Source of the DNA: Dimorphilus gyrociliatus
Taxonomy: Eukaryota > Animalia > Annelida
DNA: 47,885 nt
Assembly: GCA_904063045.1 (NCBI GenBank)
Contig: CAJFCJ010000085.1
Span: 1 to 47,885, forward strand
Reading direction: 5' to 3'
Shown here: piece after piece, positions 1-12,790 of the stretch
Layout: every line of letters begins with the position of its first letter
How positions within the stretch are numbered: the first letter of the stretch is position 1
Notes under the pieces: generated by a model
Told to the model about the DNA's origin: nothing
The model's input: only the letters and a program-made list of their open reading frames with translations
The model's database searches: none
Translations under genes and position numbers: made by a program

Positions 1-27
1 CACAGATGGACAGAAAACATCCACAAA
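1..27. repeat. End of a subterminal repeat array (CAGAAAACATCCACAA motif) at the 3' end of MULE element 1; array continues beyond the window start
   Basis: cacagatgga-cagaaaacatccacaaatg matches the ~20-bp units at 39419-39546. Both lie downstream of a minus-strand MULE transposase. Confidence 0.6.
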
Positions 28-168
28 TGCATTAATATTCAAGAATATAACTTTCCATTTTATGATGGATTATGTTTATTTTTTCAATAAGAAAGGAAAC
101 AATTTCAAAACAGTAAAAGAATGATATAACATACAATAACAAAAATGCAGAGTAAGAAATGTTAACTT

Positions 169-2097
169 TTAAAAAATATTTAAATGTACAAGTCCATCCA
201 ATAATTCATCCAAACTCAGTTCTCTTTCTTCAAATTTACTCCACAACTGAAATATTTTGAATTGTAAATCTTGATACTTCTTCTTTTGTATCTTTCTTAA
301 CTTTTTCTCGGACAATAACTTTTCAAAGATCTCTACTAACTCAGCTTCTCTTCTTAATTCTTTTATGAGGGAATACAAGTTCTCATCCATGTTCAAGTTT
401 TTGTTAAGCCTGGAATGCCATGCCTCAACATGATTGTTTGTTCTCACAGCCAATTGATAGACAGACCAGAATTTAGGAGGCCAAATGCTGCTTTTAATAA
501 ATGTTTCTTCAATATAATCAAGCAAATCTGAAAAGAATTTCTTTTCACAAAGTTCTTCTTTTATTTGAAAAAACTTTTGTTCAATAAATTTTGCTGGAAG
601 ATAGGCCAAACACATCAATTTTTGTAACATTTTCCCTTTATATTCATTTTCTTTATAATCATTAATGTATCCAAGTTTCTAACAAAAAATTTTCTATGAA
701 TATTTAATTGTTTGCAGTATTGTTTAATCTACCTGAATGTTTCTCAAAATTGCTTGCTTGAAATGAAAAGAGCATCCTTGAAGGTCAGAATTAGGAAACT
801 GGTCTTTAAGTGCCATCCATATAGCCTTTTCAAAATCAAGAACACATTTCCTGGGTGTTTTATCATTCAGTAATTTTCTTATCTCCTGTGTTCATTTATA
901 AGGAGTTAAATTAAAAGTGAATATCATATTGAAAAATTTCAAACCTGAAGAACAGCAATATAGCAGTTTTTCTTTTTGCTACTCATCAGAACATAAATCA
1001 ATGGAACCTGCTGATATTCATCATGTTTTTTCAAGAATCCATGAATTGAAAAGAGTTGATAAAATGGATCTCTAACAACTTTAAAAGTTGCATCAATGAA
1101 CCAAATTTTACAACATTCAAGTAATTCTATTTGATGATTTGTACCAAATATAATACATCGATTTTTCTTTTCTTTTATATCTTTCAATAAGAAATCCATT
1201 GGAATTTCATCTAGATTCATTTCAAAGTGTAAATCTCTAGGATGCTTTGGTCTTCTATTCTCTTTATATCTGGAAGCTTTTCTTCTTAGTGATTCTAATT
1301 CTGGTAAGTCTTCAATATTATCTTTAAATTTAAGAATAATATCTTCTGCTATTCTTTTACCAGTTTTGTCATTGTCACAATTTGCCATTTCTTTCAAATC
1401 CATTCTTGATTGAAGAACATTTTCCAGATTTTTATACAACTTATGAAGATGGTTTCCCTTTTTTACAATGAAATTTGATCCTTTTTGTATTATGTATGCA
1501 GGACAAGGATTTTTAGCATATCTTTGAGTACATCTCCAGGTAATTGAACTCTCAGTTTTTCTTTTCATGGAATATGAACAATTTTTGTGTAGAAGTAAGT
1601 CTTTACCTTTGGTACTTCCACCAACAACAATTTTGAATTCATCTGTTTCAGTTTCCATAATGTTACACTGCTCATCCATCTCAAATGAAGTTTCATCACT
1701 GATGTCAACTTTCATATCTCTCATATCTTGCCTATTATCAGGAAGATTCACCTCTTTTTCAATATTTGATGATTCAGTTGAAATTAAAGTCAAAAGAGAG
1801 TCTCAGCTGTCAAAAATAATTTAGAGTGAGATATTAATATTTTTTAAGCATTGAAATTACCTGATTTGTGTTGCTTTCACTTGCATAATCCATTGAAGAT
1901 TCCATATCAATATCACTTTCTTGAAGAATTTCACTCTGATGATAATTATCTATTTTCTTCAATTTAATAAATAATTGTCTTCTCCTGACATCATGACAAT
2001 CAGAGCAATAATCTGTATCTTAATATATTGTACTTTGTTGTATTGTAATTGTAGGAAGTCCTAGCTCGTCACTATCAAATTCGTCCTCTCCAATCAT
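169..2097 (-). mobile_element. Mutator-like (MULE) transposase gene with FLYWCH zinc finger, intron-containing, 5' part degenerate
   Basis: Exons 945-~1806 (FLYWCH: ITWRC..CPA..GNHLH; MULE: WFIDATFKVVRDPFYQLFSIHG), 733-885 (VLDFEKAIW..GCSFHFKQAI) and 169-678 (WPPKFWSV..RTNNHVEAWHSRLN) join in phase 0 via GT-AG introns 886-944 and 679-732. The upstream exon (ATG 2097 to 1861) has an in-frame TAA and an out-of-frame junction. Confidence 0.9.
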
Positions 2098-2300
2098 TTA
2101 CCAATGTGCCAAAGTACTGGTCCAAATAGAACCTTTCAAGTTCGTCCACAAGGAGTCTTAATAAATGTAATTCCAGTAAAAATTAACCAAAAACACCAGT
2201 ATTTCATTCAAAGAATATGTATTTGAGTAAATGAGTTTCTAGTTCTAAACAAGCAAGTTTGAACAACCAGCTGATGGTTAGAAAACTGAACTGACTACTG
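2030..2300 (-). repeat. Dispersed 5' module (putative promoter + first-exon start), copy 1 of 3
   Basis: gtactttgttgtattgtaattgtagga ... gagtaaatgagtttctagttctaaacaagcaagttt recurs at 12791-13060 (same strand) and 15320-15594 (opposite strand). Confidence 0.8.
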
Positions 2301-2974
2301 TTAAATTCTAAGGGTTTATATACTTTTCCAATAGTTCACAGTTGACAGATAAAAATATTCACACAAACAAATGTAACAATTTGGATAAAGGGAAAGTTCA
2401 AATATACTTCCATGTTTGTTACTTTTTCTTTATCTTGGAGAACTTTTGCTCCCTATTTTAGTAGGTCAGAAAGTTGCCTAAGATGTAACAATTATTAATA
2501 GAAGTTGGATTGATTCCAAAACACAAAAATAGGAAAAGGTCAACTTGATGCCGTTTTAATATACAACAAATTATTAATAATAATTGTTTGTGTAAGATAA
2601 TATGTTTCTGTGTAAAGGACTGGTAGGATAAAAGTATTAAACTTAATCATCCAATATAGTATTGTGCATACAATACTGTTGAAAAGTGACAATAATCTAA
2701 AAGCTCCAAATATAAATAGAAAAGTGGAAGATATAATTAATATTCATTAAATATGATGTGTATAATAATTAGGGTTAACATCTAAGTTGTAAAATAAAAT
2801 AATTTTATTATTAAATAGTGTATGTTGTAGTTTTAGGCGTGTAGAGTATTCTATAATACTCTTTCAATATTGCTTTCCATCGATGAATGAAATGTAATAT
2901 TTTGGGTGTATTGTGTGAATTTGTGAGCCTGGTTATAAGCTTATGTGTTTAGTACCTATGAACTGCCTAAATGT

Positions 2975-3207
2975 GTACAGTAGGAAATAATAAAAAATTT
3001 CAGAAAAAAATTTTTTGAAAATTTTTTGAAAAAATCTTTTCTCTTGGAAATTGTTTTAAATGTCGATTTTGGTGTATTTTTTCTTTGACTGCTTCCCAAA
3101 TTCCATTGGGACTCTTGAAATGTGAGAATTCTGTTTCTCTTTTTTGATTTAATCAAAAAAAACCTTTCCAAACCTAACCCTAACCCCAAGACCTAAACCC
3201 TAACCCT
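2975..3207. repeat. Dispersed repeat ending in telomere-like (CCCTAA) units
   Basis: ttaaatgtcg.ttttggtgt is shared with ~18590-18610. ccctaaccccaagacctaa is shared with 38639-38660 and (reverse complement) 6029-6056. Confidence 0.5.
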
Positions 3208-3707
3208 TGATGAATTGAAACAGGATTTGAAGGATACTAAGGGTCTATGTCATGATCAAAAGATGGAAATTGATGCTTTAAAAACAGAAAATGTTCAGCT
3301 AAAAACAGAACTGGCTAGAGCCAAGGAAAGTATTAAGCTACTTAACCAACACCAGGACTCCAACACCAACTACAACACTGGGGAGGAACTATCTCAGGAT
3401 AAGTGGCCTAAAGAAATTAACATCCCTGGCAGATGTATACTTAAGGTGTTCCCTCTGCCAGAACTTCAGATTGTCACCAAAATTGATGAACCCCCACAGG
3501 TTGACCTGACCATAGTACCTGAAAAAGACAACACTGGTCTGGTGTCTGGTGAAGAGAGCTCTTTGGACAGTGGTGATGACTTCATTATTTGTCCCCCTAC
3601 AAAAGGGTTAGGGTCTTGTTATTAAAAGAAAAATAGTCAAGAAAAGGGAGCATGGAGATGGATTGATGGATGAGATTCCTGAAAACAAGAAAAAGAGAAT
3701 TGACTAA
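3208..3707 (+). pseudogene. 5'-truncated coiled-coil ORF, acidic C-terminal half, basic NLS-like tail after an in-frame TAA; probably retroelement-associated
   Basis: Heptad-like LKQDLKDT..IDALKTENVQLKTELARAKESIKLLNQ. No ATG before the repeat junction. The frame continues past TAA 3623-3625 as KKIVKKREH..ENKKKRID*. Confidence 0.4.
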
Positions 3708-3881
3708 GTTTATATATATTCCTATATGTTCGCCTGTGTATTGTTTGTCTCTTGTCATTTTTGGTTATACTTTAACACAACAGATGGCGCCAGTGCAAGG
3801 GTGGCCTGTTGTTATATTATGTAATGTTTTTTTATGTTCCTGTGGTGAAGGGTATAAATTGATTATAATGTTCAGTTAAAT

Positions 3882-3926
3882 TTACAACCTGATGAAGCCT
3901 CAAGTAGAGGCAAAATATTGTTGTAA
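3882..3926 (+). ncRNA. Minimal type I hammerhead ribozyme motif (Penelope/retrozyme-type), G12 apparently mutated to A
   Basis: Stem I TTACAAC(3882-88)/GTTGTAA(3920-26); core CTGATGA 3889-95; stem II GCCTC-AAGTA-GAGGC 3897-3911; AAAA in place of GAAA; palindromic AATATT mini stem III; AATAAA at 3944-49. Confidence 0.7.
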
Positions 3927-4042
3927 TATGTTTTAAAGTTTAAAATAAAAAGTTGATGAAAAAGAAAAAATTGAATTGTTATTGAATAAGACTAAGAGTT
4001 TGACAGAGAACTGAAGCACCAAGGAGCTCAGACATAGAGAAC

Positions 4043-4214
4043 TCCTACCTATTGGAAAATTGGTAGAACCCTGGAACACCAACTAACCAGTTCCCAAAAC
4101 CTGACTAAGACTGGGAGCCCAGATCTATAATCCTGACCAAGGAGAACCCCTACCTAACATTGATTAAAAGTTAGGTATTACACTGGAACACTAGCTAACC
4201 AGTTCCCAAAAACA
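4043..4214 (+). repeat. Imperfect ~110-bp tandem duplication
   Basis: ctggaacaccaactaaccagttcccaaaac (~4073) and ctggaacactagctaaccagttcccaaaaac (~4184), each preceded by cctaccta. Confidence 0.6.
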
Positions 4215-4758
4215 TTACCAGAGTTGTGTGAGTGGCCTAACCCATAACCCTTACCAAACCCTAACCCTATTCTCATAAAAAATAAACTTGAGCAAAATTA
4301 TTGTAGGTGTGCTAATAACCGCCAACATTGAAAGCAATAATGTGGTTCAAACTTGGAACAATAATCTCCCTGACTACTGTTACTAAGTGAATAATAATTC
4401 AAATGATATTTTTAATGGCTTTTTCATTTGCCATCAAGAAGTCAGATTTTCAATTTCAATTTTTAGAAAGGAGAGAACAGGGTTATCAGATGAAATTGAG
4501 CCTATAATGCAAAGAGTTGTTCGTAATAAATGCTTGGTGAACTACGAGACTTTTCCTTATAAGCACCCACAGGTGGATATAAATTGAACTAACTTCAGAA
4601 TTCAATTCTGATATATTTTGAAATGCTTTTGTAATGATAGGAATGGTAAAATACAAATTGGAACCACCCGATAAACCACTCTTGCTTGGTCAATCAATTT
4701 CAAGTTACAACAGTTCAAATAGCAGAGTAGATTCAGGGTCATTTCAAAAGAAAGAATT

Positions 4759-4824
4759 TTCAGAACTAATAACATTATGGAAGGATGGCACAATAGAATG
4801 AATAATAAAGTACAATCAAATTGA
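4759..4824 (+). pseudogene. Remnant of a third MULE transposase C-terminus
   Basis: Translates FRTNNIMEGWHNRMNNKVQSN*, matching the RTNNxxE(A/G)(W/F)HxRLN motif of the two other transposases here. Confidence 0.6.
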
Positions 4825-4957
4825 AAAGTAATACTGATTTGGTTTGTATTTTTGTTAAACCTCTTATGAAATATCATGTTTGGACTGTCTGCAAAACACA
4901 AAGTTGTCATCCCTACAAATGGCTTTCACTCGAAAAGCTCCTCTCTTCTCTACACCA

Positions 4958-5120
4958 GAAACTTAGAAAACATGCCCAAAATCATGGTTTAACCCTAACC
5001 CTAACCTCTAGCCCTTGTCTCTGTCTAACCCCTGTTTGATTAGTCCTGATATTGACAAATGCGGATTTATACTCAGACTCCTAACCCTTTTCCACTCCAG
5101 TTTACTTTTCTTAGATCCTT
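4958..5120 (-). mobile_element. Degenerate TTAGGG-bearing Mutator MITE copy
   Basis: gaaaacatgcccaaaatcatggtttaaccctaaccctaacc is the reverse complement of the right end of the 9782 MITE. cccttgtctctgtctaacc matches 18347-18364. Confidence 0.55.
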
Positions 5121-6389
5121 AGTTCAGACCCGCACTTTTAAAGAATGTCAGCTACAAAACACTGTTTTCAATTCGTTTTAACTCATAATAACCTTATGAT
5201 TATGGGTGTAGTGCGTTAATTAAAAGGTAGATTTATAAAGATGGTGCATCAAACGAAAGCAGATGTGAAAGCAGCTGCTACAACATATATGTTAATTATA
5301 TAATTATGAATATTCAAATAATGTCCCACGAAGGATTTCACAAGCAAGTATCTTATCATTATCCTTTTCATTGGATAGTAGAATGTTTATATAAATATAA
5401 TTTTCAACGTATCCTTCTGATGTTTTCTTACAAAATTCTACTTTAACCCTGTTCTCATTTTCGTTCAGAACTTTATATTTCATAACTATTTCGACGCTTC
5501 CTTCAAGAATTTCCATTCTGTTAAAGATGATAACTGGTTGTGAACCTTCATTCAATGTTTCTTTACCATTTAAAAATTCATATTCAAAGTAGACGTAGAT
5601 GAACAATAGAAATTGCTATTTGGTTTATAAAACAACCAATCGTACGATTATATTGAATTAGTTAAAAATGAGATATTTTAAAAATTTTTACATATTGATT
5701 TTTCTTTTAGAAAAATTTTATTTAAAAGTTTTATTGTTAATTTTTCCTCGAAAATGTATTTGTCTTTTTTGCAGTAGTTTCTTTGCAGTAATGCCAATTC
5801 CAAAAATATCTTTACTTTCTTCAAATATTGTCAATTTAATAAAATATCTGTATTGAATAATGAATTGGTTCTTCTCTTTCTATTTGCAGAAGAACAAAGA
5901 TGAATGGCATATTAACAAAAACTGAACCCTAAACTTTTCATAGTATCACTTAAAGTTTCGTGATTTTTCAACATTATTCAATTTCTATTCAAAGTTTCCA
6001 TGAAACAATTGTTAATACTATGAGAAGGTTAGGTCTTGGGGTTAGGGTTAGGGTTAATAAATTAAAGATATTAAAAAGTATAAACATACATTGTACAAAA
6101 TATCCTCCAATTTTAAATTGTTTTTAAAAGACAAACAATTTCTATGAAAATTTAATATCGATAACGTAACGTCTTTTAATAGAGCAATATGTTTATAAGT
6201 TTTGAAAAAGCCAATAGAAAATATAGGCTTATTTATAGTTTGAAATTGCCAATTGTAACAATAAATATTATTTGCGGGATCGTTTAAGAAATTGATAACT
6301 ACAGAAAAATAAACAATGAACTGTAGTTAATGTAATTATTACGGAAAAGAATTTACATTCTAATTTTATTTTGTCATTCTCCATTTTAG

Positions 6390-9300
6390 CTATTTCGTAT
6401 CTGAGCGATAAAAACAAATGAAAGCGAATGAACGACTCAATAAAACTGGTACATACTTTTTTTGAATTCTCCTTAACAGTAGATCGTAAATATCGTTAAA
6501 CGAGTAAATAAATGGATTTAATACTGAATTTAGTGGTAAAAAGATGACGATAATAGCAGAATAAGTGTTACTATTTATCTGAAAATTTGCCATTAGCGAA
6601 GTAATTCCTATAGATAAATTGATGAAGAAAATAATAGACTAATGAAAAAAACATAAACAAACCAAATAAAGTGAAAGGTAAGCAAGTAATTAAATTCGTA
6701 GCAACAATGATAAACGCAACAGAAAATACTTTAAATAAACTTCTAGAAGTGTTTGCATTTTGAACGGAAGTCTTAACTTTTATTATAATTCTTGTATACA
6801 AAATACAAATAGAAATACTAATAACAAATATGAAAAGACTGAAAACCAGAAAATTATAAATCCAATTTCTATTCAATTTATTTTCTACATGAATATTAAA
6901 GCATATTGAAGATTTTCCAAAAAAATCCTATTTTTTTTTTTTATTCCTTCAGTTAGCTTTTTTCTTATTGTAATTTTATAATTTATAATCTACCTTTAGA
7001 ATAAAAACTGGTAGCAACGATATTAAACAACTCATAACCATTGCTGATAATGCAATTACTAGACTCTTTGACTTGAAAATTGATTTGGAAAAGAGAAAGA
7101 CAATACTCTGGTGTCTTTCCAGTGTAAGTAAAAGTATGGAAATTGACGATTGGATTAGAGACCAGGTCATTAACGTTCCGAGAAATTTACATAAAATACT
7201 CTTACGCCAGTTTCCACTATTTTCCAAGTATTTATTTTTAAAGTATAAATCAGCAATGGCAATTGATAATAGATACAATGAGGTTAGGCCATCACTCAAA
7301 TTTAATAGTAATCTATACGATTTCAATGTTGTTTTCTTAACGGTCAATAAAAATGATAGAAAATTTCCAACAATTCCAAACGAACCAAATGCCCAGAATA
7401 GTATTCTAATTCCTCTTAAACCCAATATATTTGAACATGTGTTAAAGTGGGACGATTTAGGTTTACAAGTCACGTGACTTCCTATAAATTTCCATATTAG
7501 ACAACACAAATAGAATGATTTATTAAAGACTTTTCGAAGGGAATTTAAACTTTTTGCAATATCATTATGAAATTCGAGAGGAAGGTTTGTATCGTTTAAA
7601 TGTAATTCATACAATGTTGGGAAATATTTGAAAAAATCATCAGCAATACTAAATATTTGACAATGTGAAATTTTTAAGATTTGCAAATAATTAAGAGAAT
7701 AGAAACGATTGTTTAGGCTATTAAATAAATTTTTTGAAATATCTAAATATCTTAAATTCGGAAAATTAATTTCACTTATTTTGGATAAATTTTTAATTTT
7801 ATTGTCAGAAATATCGAGATATTGTAAAAGTAATAATGATTTCGGCGTATTTTCCATAGATTTAAAATTCAAATTACAACTTGTAATTGTCATAAAAATC
7901 AAGTTAGGATAAATTTTGAATGGTAATTGTGAAATTTTTGAATTTTTTGTAATAAAAAGCGATTTTAAACCGGTCAGAGTTTTCGTTTTGTCAATCTCAA
8001 TAGTTCCGTAGATTGATAATTTTTTTACTGTAATAGGCAATGTCAAGGTTATGGCTTTGTTACTTTTACATTCGAATTTGTATGGAAGTATTTGACGACA
8101 AAATACGGATGAGAAATGGTGACGATTTAAAATACAGAATATTTCATCACTTCCATATAAACAATCGACAATTTCATTGCATACTTTGTTAATTAAAATG
8201 TATTTCGATTCGTTTCTACACTTGAAAGCTCCTTTTGGAATGAAATTTTCTAGGAAAAATTATGAAAACTGGTAAAGTTTTCTTTCTCTCTCTCTCTCAA
8301 TTAAGCTACCGCAATCTATTTCATCTTCATTATTGAGGCAATGATTAACGCCATTGCATAAAAGTTGAATAGATATACAATATTTTGTCCATTGGCACAA
8401 GTATTCGCCGTGTTGGCAAGTCTTTCCTTCACATTTGCTCAGCTCATTAAATGGAAATGTAAATTTTGCTAATAATTTATGTTTTAGAGTACAATCTCTC
8501 TTTAGATTGTGATAAATTAACAGACATTCTCGGGATGACTCATCGGCAAGATCTTGGCAATCAACGTGAAAATCACATACTCTCTCCTTAGTTAAACACT
8601 TTTCGGCGCATTGAAATTGAATATTAGGCTTACAATCTATTTATAGCAATAAAAAAAGCTCATTAATAATGAAAGAATCGGTTAAAAGAGAATATCTGCA
8701 AGTCTTTGGATAAGGCGATATTGGTGTCTAGATAATAGCAACAATTTCCAAAGACTTTTAGCATTTCATCCTTATCTATAGATACTATTTGTAAAATGTT
8801 GATTGATAGCATTTTCATTGCCACATATTTCATCAGAAGAATCCATACAATTTCTTTCATTGTTACAAATGTATTCGTTCTTCACGCATTCGCCATTTTT
8901 ACATTTGCTAAAACGTTTTAAAAGTGTTACTTCTTTTTAAGATAAAACACTAATGAACGATATTAAAGTGATGAGTAGTTTAAAAGTTAACAAAATTAAA
9001 CACAAAATACTAAAAGGACGCCGAACAAATGAATTGAGAAAGAATTCAGATACCTATAATCTTTAGCATTGCATCTATCTCCTTTTCTGTCTAAAGTTTT
9101 TTTTTATGAGGAAGGTTAGGTTTTACTTAAATTTAAAATGAAAGAAATATGATAAACAAAACCGACTGCAAAGACTTTCGTCCATTTCATTTGGACAATC
9201 GATAATAAAATCGCAAACTAACATGTAACTGATTGTAAAATTTCTATTTGGGAAACAATAGAAGTAATTAAATTCTCCAACTTTACATAATTGTTCATCT

Positions 9301-12300
9301 TCTCCAAAAGGACAATCGTTATTTCTATCGCAAACGTAAACGTTATTGATATAAACTCCACTTTTATTGCAATAGAAAGTGGTTAAAGGAATAGAATTTT
9401 TTAAATTTTCAAAGAATATACTCAATTTCGAATGTTTCTTCTCTAAATTTCCATCTAAAAACAATTTGAAAAACAAAAATTTATAAACAAAATAATTTTT
9501 TAAAAAGAGAGAAATTTTACAAGAAATCTTTTGACAAATATAATATTTCAATTTAATTTCATTACATTTTTTCCTTTGTATTTGCCAAACTAAAAACATG
9601 TCATTTAATTTAAAAAGTGTTCAAATGATTATAGTTTTTAATGAAATTTTAATACCGAAATATAAAAAGTTTTCATCAAATCCGAATTTCTTATTGAAAA
9701 TGAAATAGTTTTAAATGTTTACGTGTTGCATATGAAAGGATTTTATACGTTTAATTTATAATTGGTGGTGGCCGTGCGGTCGGGTCGACAGAAAACGTCC
9801 ACAAGTGAGGATTTCTAAGATTAGGATTTGAATTGAAAAGAGCTACGGAGGAAGAAGATAGTAACTGATTTCTAGTTAGGGATAATGGAAAAGGTTAGGT
9901 ACAGCCAAGGGTTAGGGTTAGGGTAAAAGCCATCATTTGTGGACGTTTTCTGTCGCATCAGGTGGGCTTTATTCAACAGCCTTACCTCCCTTTTTTGTTA
10001 GAACTTTAATATATAATTGAATAGCAATAAATTATGAATATTACACAGGCTAGCCAATAATCTTAACCGTAATAAAACTTATATAACTCACTGGAGAATA
10101 TAGGATACAATCTCCAGTATTTTGTTTAAGTTTATCTATTCTTAGAGTTATTTCATTCCACTGAGCAAATGCATGTTCATTGTTTTCACCTTCTTCGCTA
10201 AATTTAACCTGAAATCAATTTGTTCTATTTAGAAAAAAACCATCAAAAGAGAAATTTAAATATTACATATTCATCATATTCCATATTTAGTAAATATGTA
10301 ACGTATGAAAATGGTATATTTGAAGATGTTAAATATTGAACTTTTCTAGGATATTCTAATCTTTTCTTTAAAACTTTGTGTTTAATAATAATATTTTACC
10401 ATAAAAAAGTTTAAATGTTTGAATTATTGTTCTACTGGAATAGTTGATTTTCAGGCGAAAATTTCGGAATAGAAAAAAAACAGTGAAAATCAACTATTCT
10501 CTTTTCTGAAAAATATTTTCTACGTACCTCCAAAAAAATCCAAATTTTGAAAAGTATATTTGAATTCATTCAAAAATATCATCAAATTAAATTGAACATG
10601 GTCTAAAGTCAATTTGGGAGTAATTGATGGAAAATCAGCCATAGTTAGATTAAACTTTTCACATCTTTTCATCATTTCTTGAGTAGTTAACGATTGATGA
10701 TTTTTAAAAAAATGATAACAAACACGATCGTAATAGAATGTATTGACTTTTTCACATTCTTAAAAGAATGGATGAGGGTTAATTTTAAAAAAAAAAAGTT
10801 GAGTTTTAGATAGTTCAATTACTATTTACCGTAATGTTCATTTATGCAATTTACAGACGGTATTTTATTATAGCTGAAAATTTAAAATACACAGTTAAAT
10901 AGTCTACTTTGAGTTAACTTTTAAAGTGGCAATCTAAATCGATAAACGACGGCCACTTCTTGGTTGATAGAAACTTCTTACAAAGGAACAACTTTTGATA
11001 TAGTACAATTGTCTATATTTAGATCATTCGATTGGCAAGTCATTGAGAAAAAACCATTCTGCCAATTGTCAAATTCGAATATTTCAAGGCGATAGTGATG
11101 GAAACCAAAACTTTTGCATAATTTTTTATAAGCAACACTATTCAATGGAATAAAAGCGTTGAGTTCTCCTTTAAAAATTATTAGAAATTTTCCCTTAACA
11201 CTGTCCAGATTGTGTTGTTGATCATAAAAAATAGCTATTCTTCTATGAAGTAAAATATAGGCCTCTAAATTTTTGTGTTTAAATTTTCAAATTTAATGCA
11301 AAAACGTTGTTTAAATACTTTGAATATTTGTTATGTCAAGGCCAAATATTATATGGAATTTTGTATAAATCTGTTTGTCAGATTGAAAATAGCAAAAAGT
11401 AAGCCTCGATTTAATTAAATTACAAAGAAATTCTCTTCTTTTATGCTATTAAAATTGATTTGCTAATTAAGGATTTACCTATTATTCAATACCTGTGTTT
11501 ACCTTATATTGAATTACTTTTACTGAACAAACAGAATTCTTTGGCGTGTTTGTTTTTCTTTTAATTTTTGAACACCATGATGCTACATTTGATATTTGTT
11601 GCAGTAAAGGCGGTAGAACGCCAAAACTTTTTGACACAAAGAAATAAGCTGAATACCTAGGGAACATTTTTAAATATGAAAATGTTCTATTCTTATTGTA
11701 ATCAATTATTTCTAGCTTTGTATCTGAAAGAAAATCATTTTAAATATGTCAACTTTGATTGATTGATTGATTATCAACTGTGATAAAAACCAATTTAACC
11801 TTTTAACATGTGAAATGAACACGATAATGCATTTAGATTACTATTCATTATCTTTCTCTTTATAGTTAGATTTGAATTCAAGGTAATACCAATTGAGATT
11901 TTTGAAATATTCACATTTTGGATCATACTCTCCAATATAAAGAATAATACTTGTTTGCAAACAAATCCTTTCCATTTTGCGAAAACAACTGCAAAGATGC
12001 TTTGTGACTTTCTAAAATATAACTTGTACGAATTTGCCATTGGTCTTTTTATGGCAAAAAGATCTGTTCAATAATGAATTATATTAGGAAGAAAACCTAG
12101 AAAAAGCAAATTGAACAAACATGATGATTGATTGCTTTTAAAACATTTCAAACAAAGTCCACTGTCTGAATTTCTTTTAGGTATAATACTGAAACAAACA
12201 CATATTTACAGGTAGAAAATTAACGTAATTGTTCCGATTCAAATGTAAAAGTATAAAACACAAAAAAATTGATTTACAATTGAAAAGAATTGTTTGAAGA

Positions 12301-12600
12301 GATTACTATTTCCATCTGTAATCTTTTTGTACTATTGGCATTGATAAAACAAGGATATGAATTAGAATGTAGATCATCATAATTCATCTTTTTACATAGT
12401 AGAGTACTATCAGCTATATCGAATTTTTTATATTGAACTATAAATTGACGATTTATCGTTTTGTGATGAACCAATAACCCTTCGACATAGTTTTGATCTT
12501 TGGTAAAAATCTCCAAATCTAATGAATTTACTTCAGTTATATTTCGATTTCTTATTGTTATTAGAATGATAATTTGAAAAGAAATTTTGAAAGAAAGCAT
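6390..12600 (-). CDS. GRL101-like LDLa-LRR-GPCR (paralog A) with N-terminal signal peptide, SRCR-like and CTLD-like exons; multi-exon, appears largely intact
   Basis: First exon 12274-12600 (hydrophobic start, EGLLV..LCKKMNY). Exons ~11482-11667 and ~11000-11200 (LCKSFGF..MTCQSNDLNIDNC). CTL-like ~10600-10770 (ECEKVNTFYYDRVCYHFF..RCEK..LTMADF). Six LDLa in 8150-9400 (e.g. CDRNNDCPFGEDEQLC). LRRs (LQYLDISDNKI) and TM1-4 in 6976-8046 (LERH). TM5-6 6571-6876. TM7 NSVLNPFIY 6390-6593. Internal exon bounds approximate. Confidence 0.88.
9782..9959 (+). mobile_element. Mutator-family MITE with perfect 19-bp inverted core and internal TTAGGG tract
   Basis: cgacagaaaacgtccacaa (9786-9804) / ttgtggacgttttctgtcg (9937-9955); gggttagggttaggg ~9909-9923. 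No TSD recognised. Confidence 0.85.
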
Positions 12601-12790
12601 AATTTTATTACAATTTCTGCGTTCAACTTGTATAAAATATTATTGTCTCTTTTCACACAGACACAATATTCATTAAACGATGCTTGCTAAAGTAATTAAA
12701 TTCTTCTGCCTCGTTGAATTGATACTTGTATAACAATTTTGTAATCATTTTAAAATATAATATTTCCAAATCTTTCAAATCAACATTCTC

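Noticed and set aside
5304-5606. 100-aa minus-strand ORF as a gene
   Set aside because: Non-ATG start, upstream in-frame stop, and no motif or splice partner identified.
3171-6056. True telomere or chromosome-fusion site
   Set aside because: TTAGGG/CCCTAA tracts are only 2-4 imperfect units embedded in dispersed repeats throughout the window.
9763-9781. tRNA-Leu/Ser 5' half (gtggccgtgcggtc) interrupted by the MITE
   Set aside because: No B box or 3' half after the MITE. A similar gccgtgg flank occurs beside another TIR (~38905-38915).
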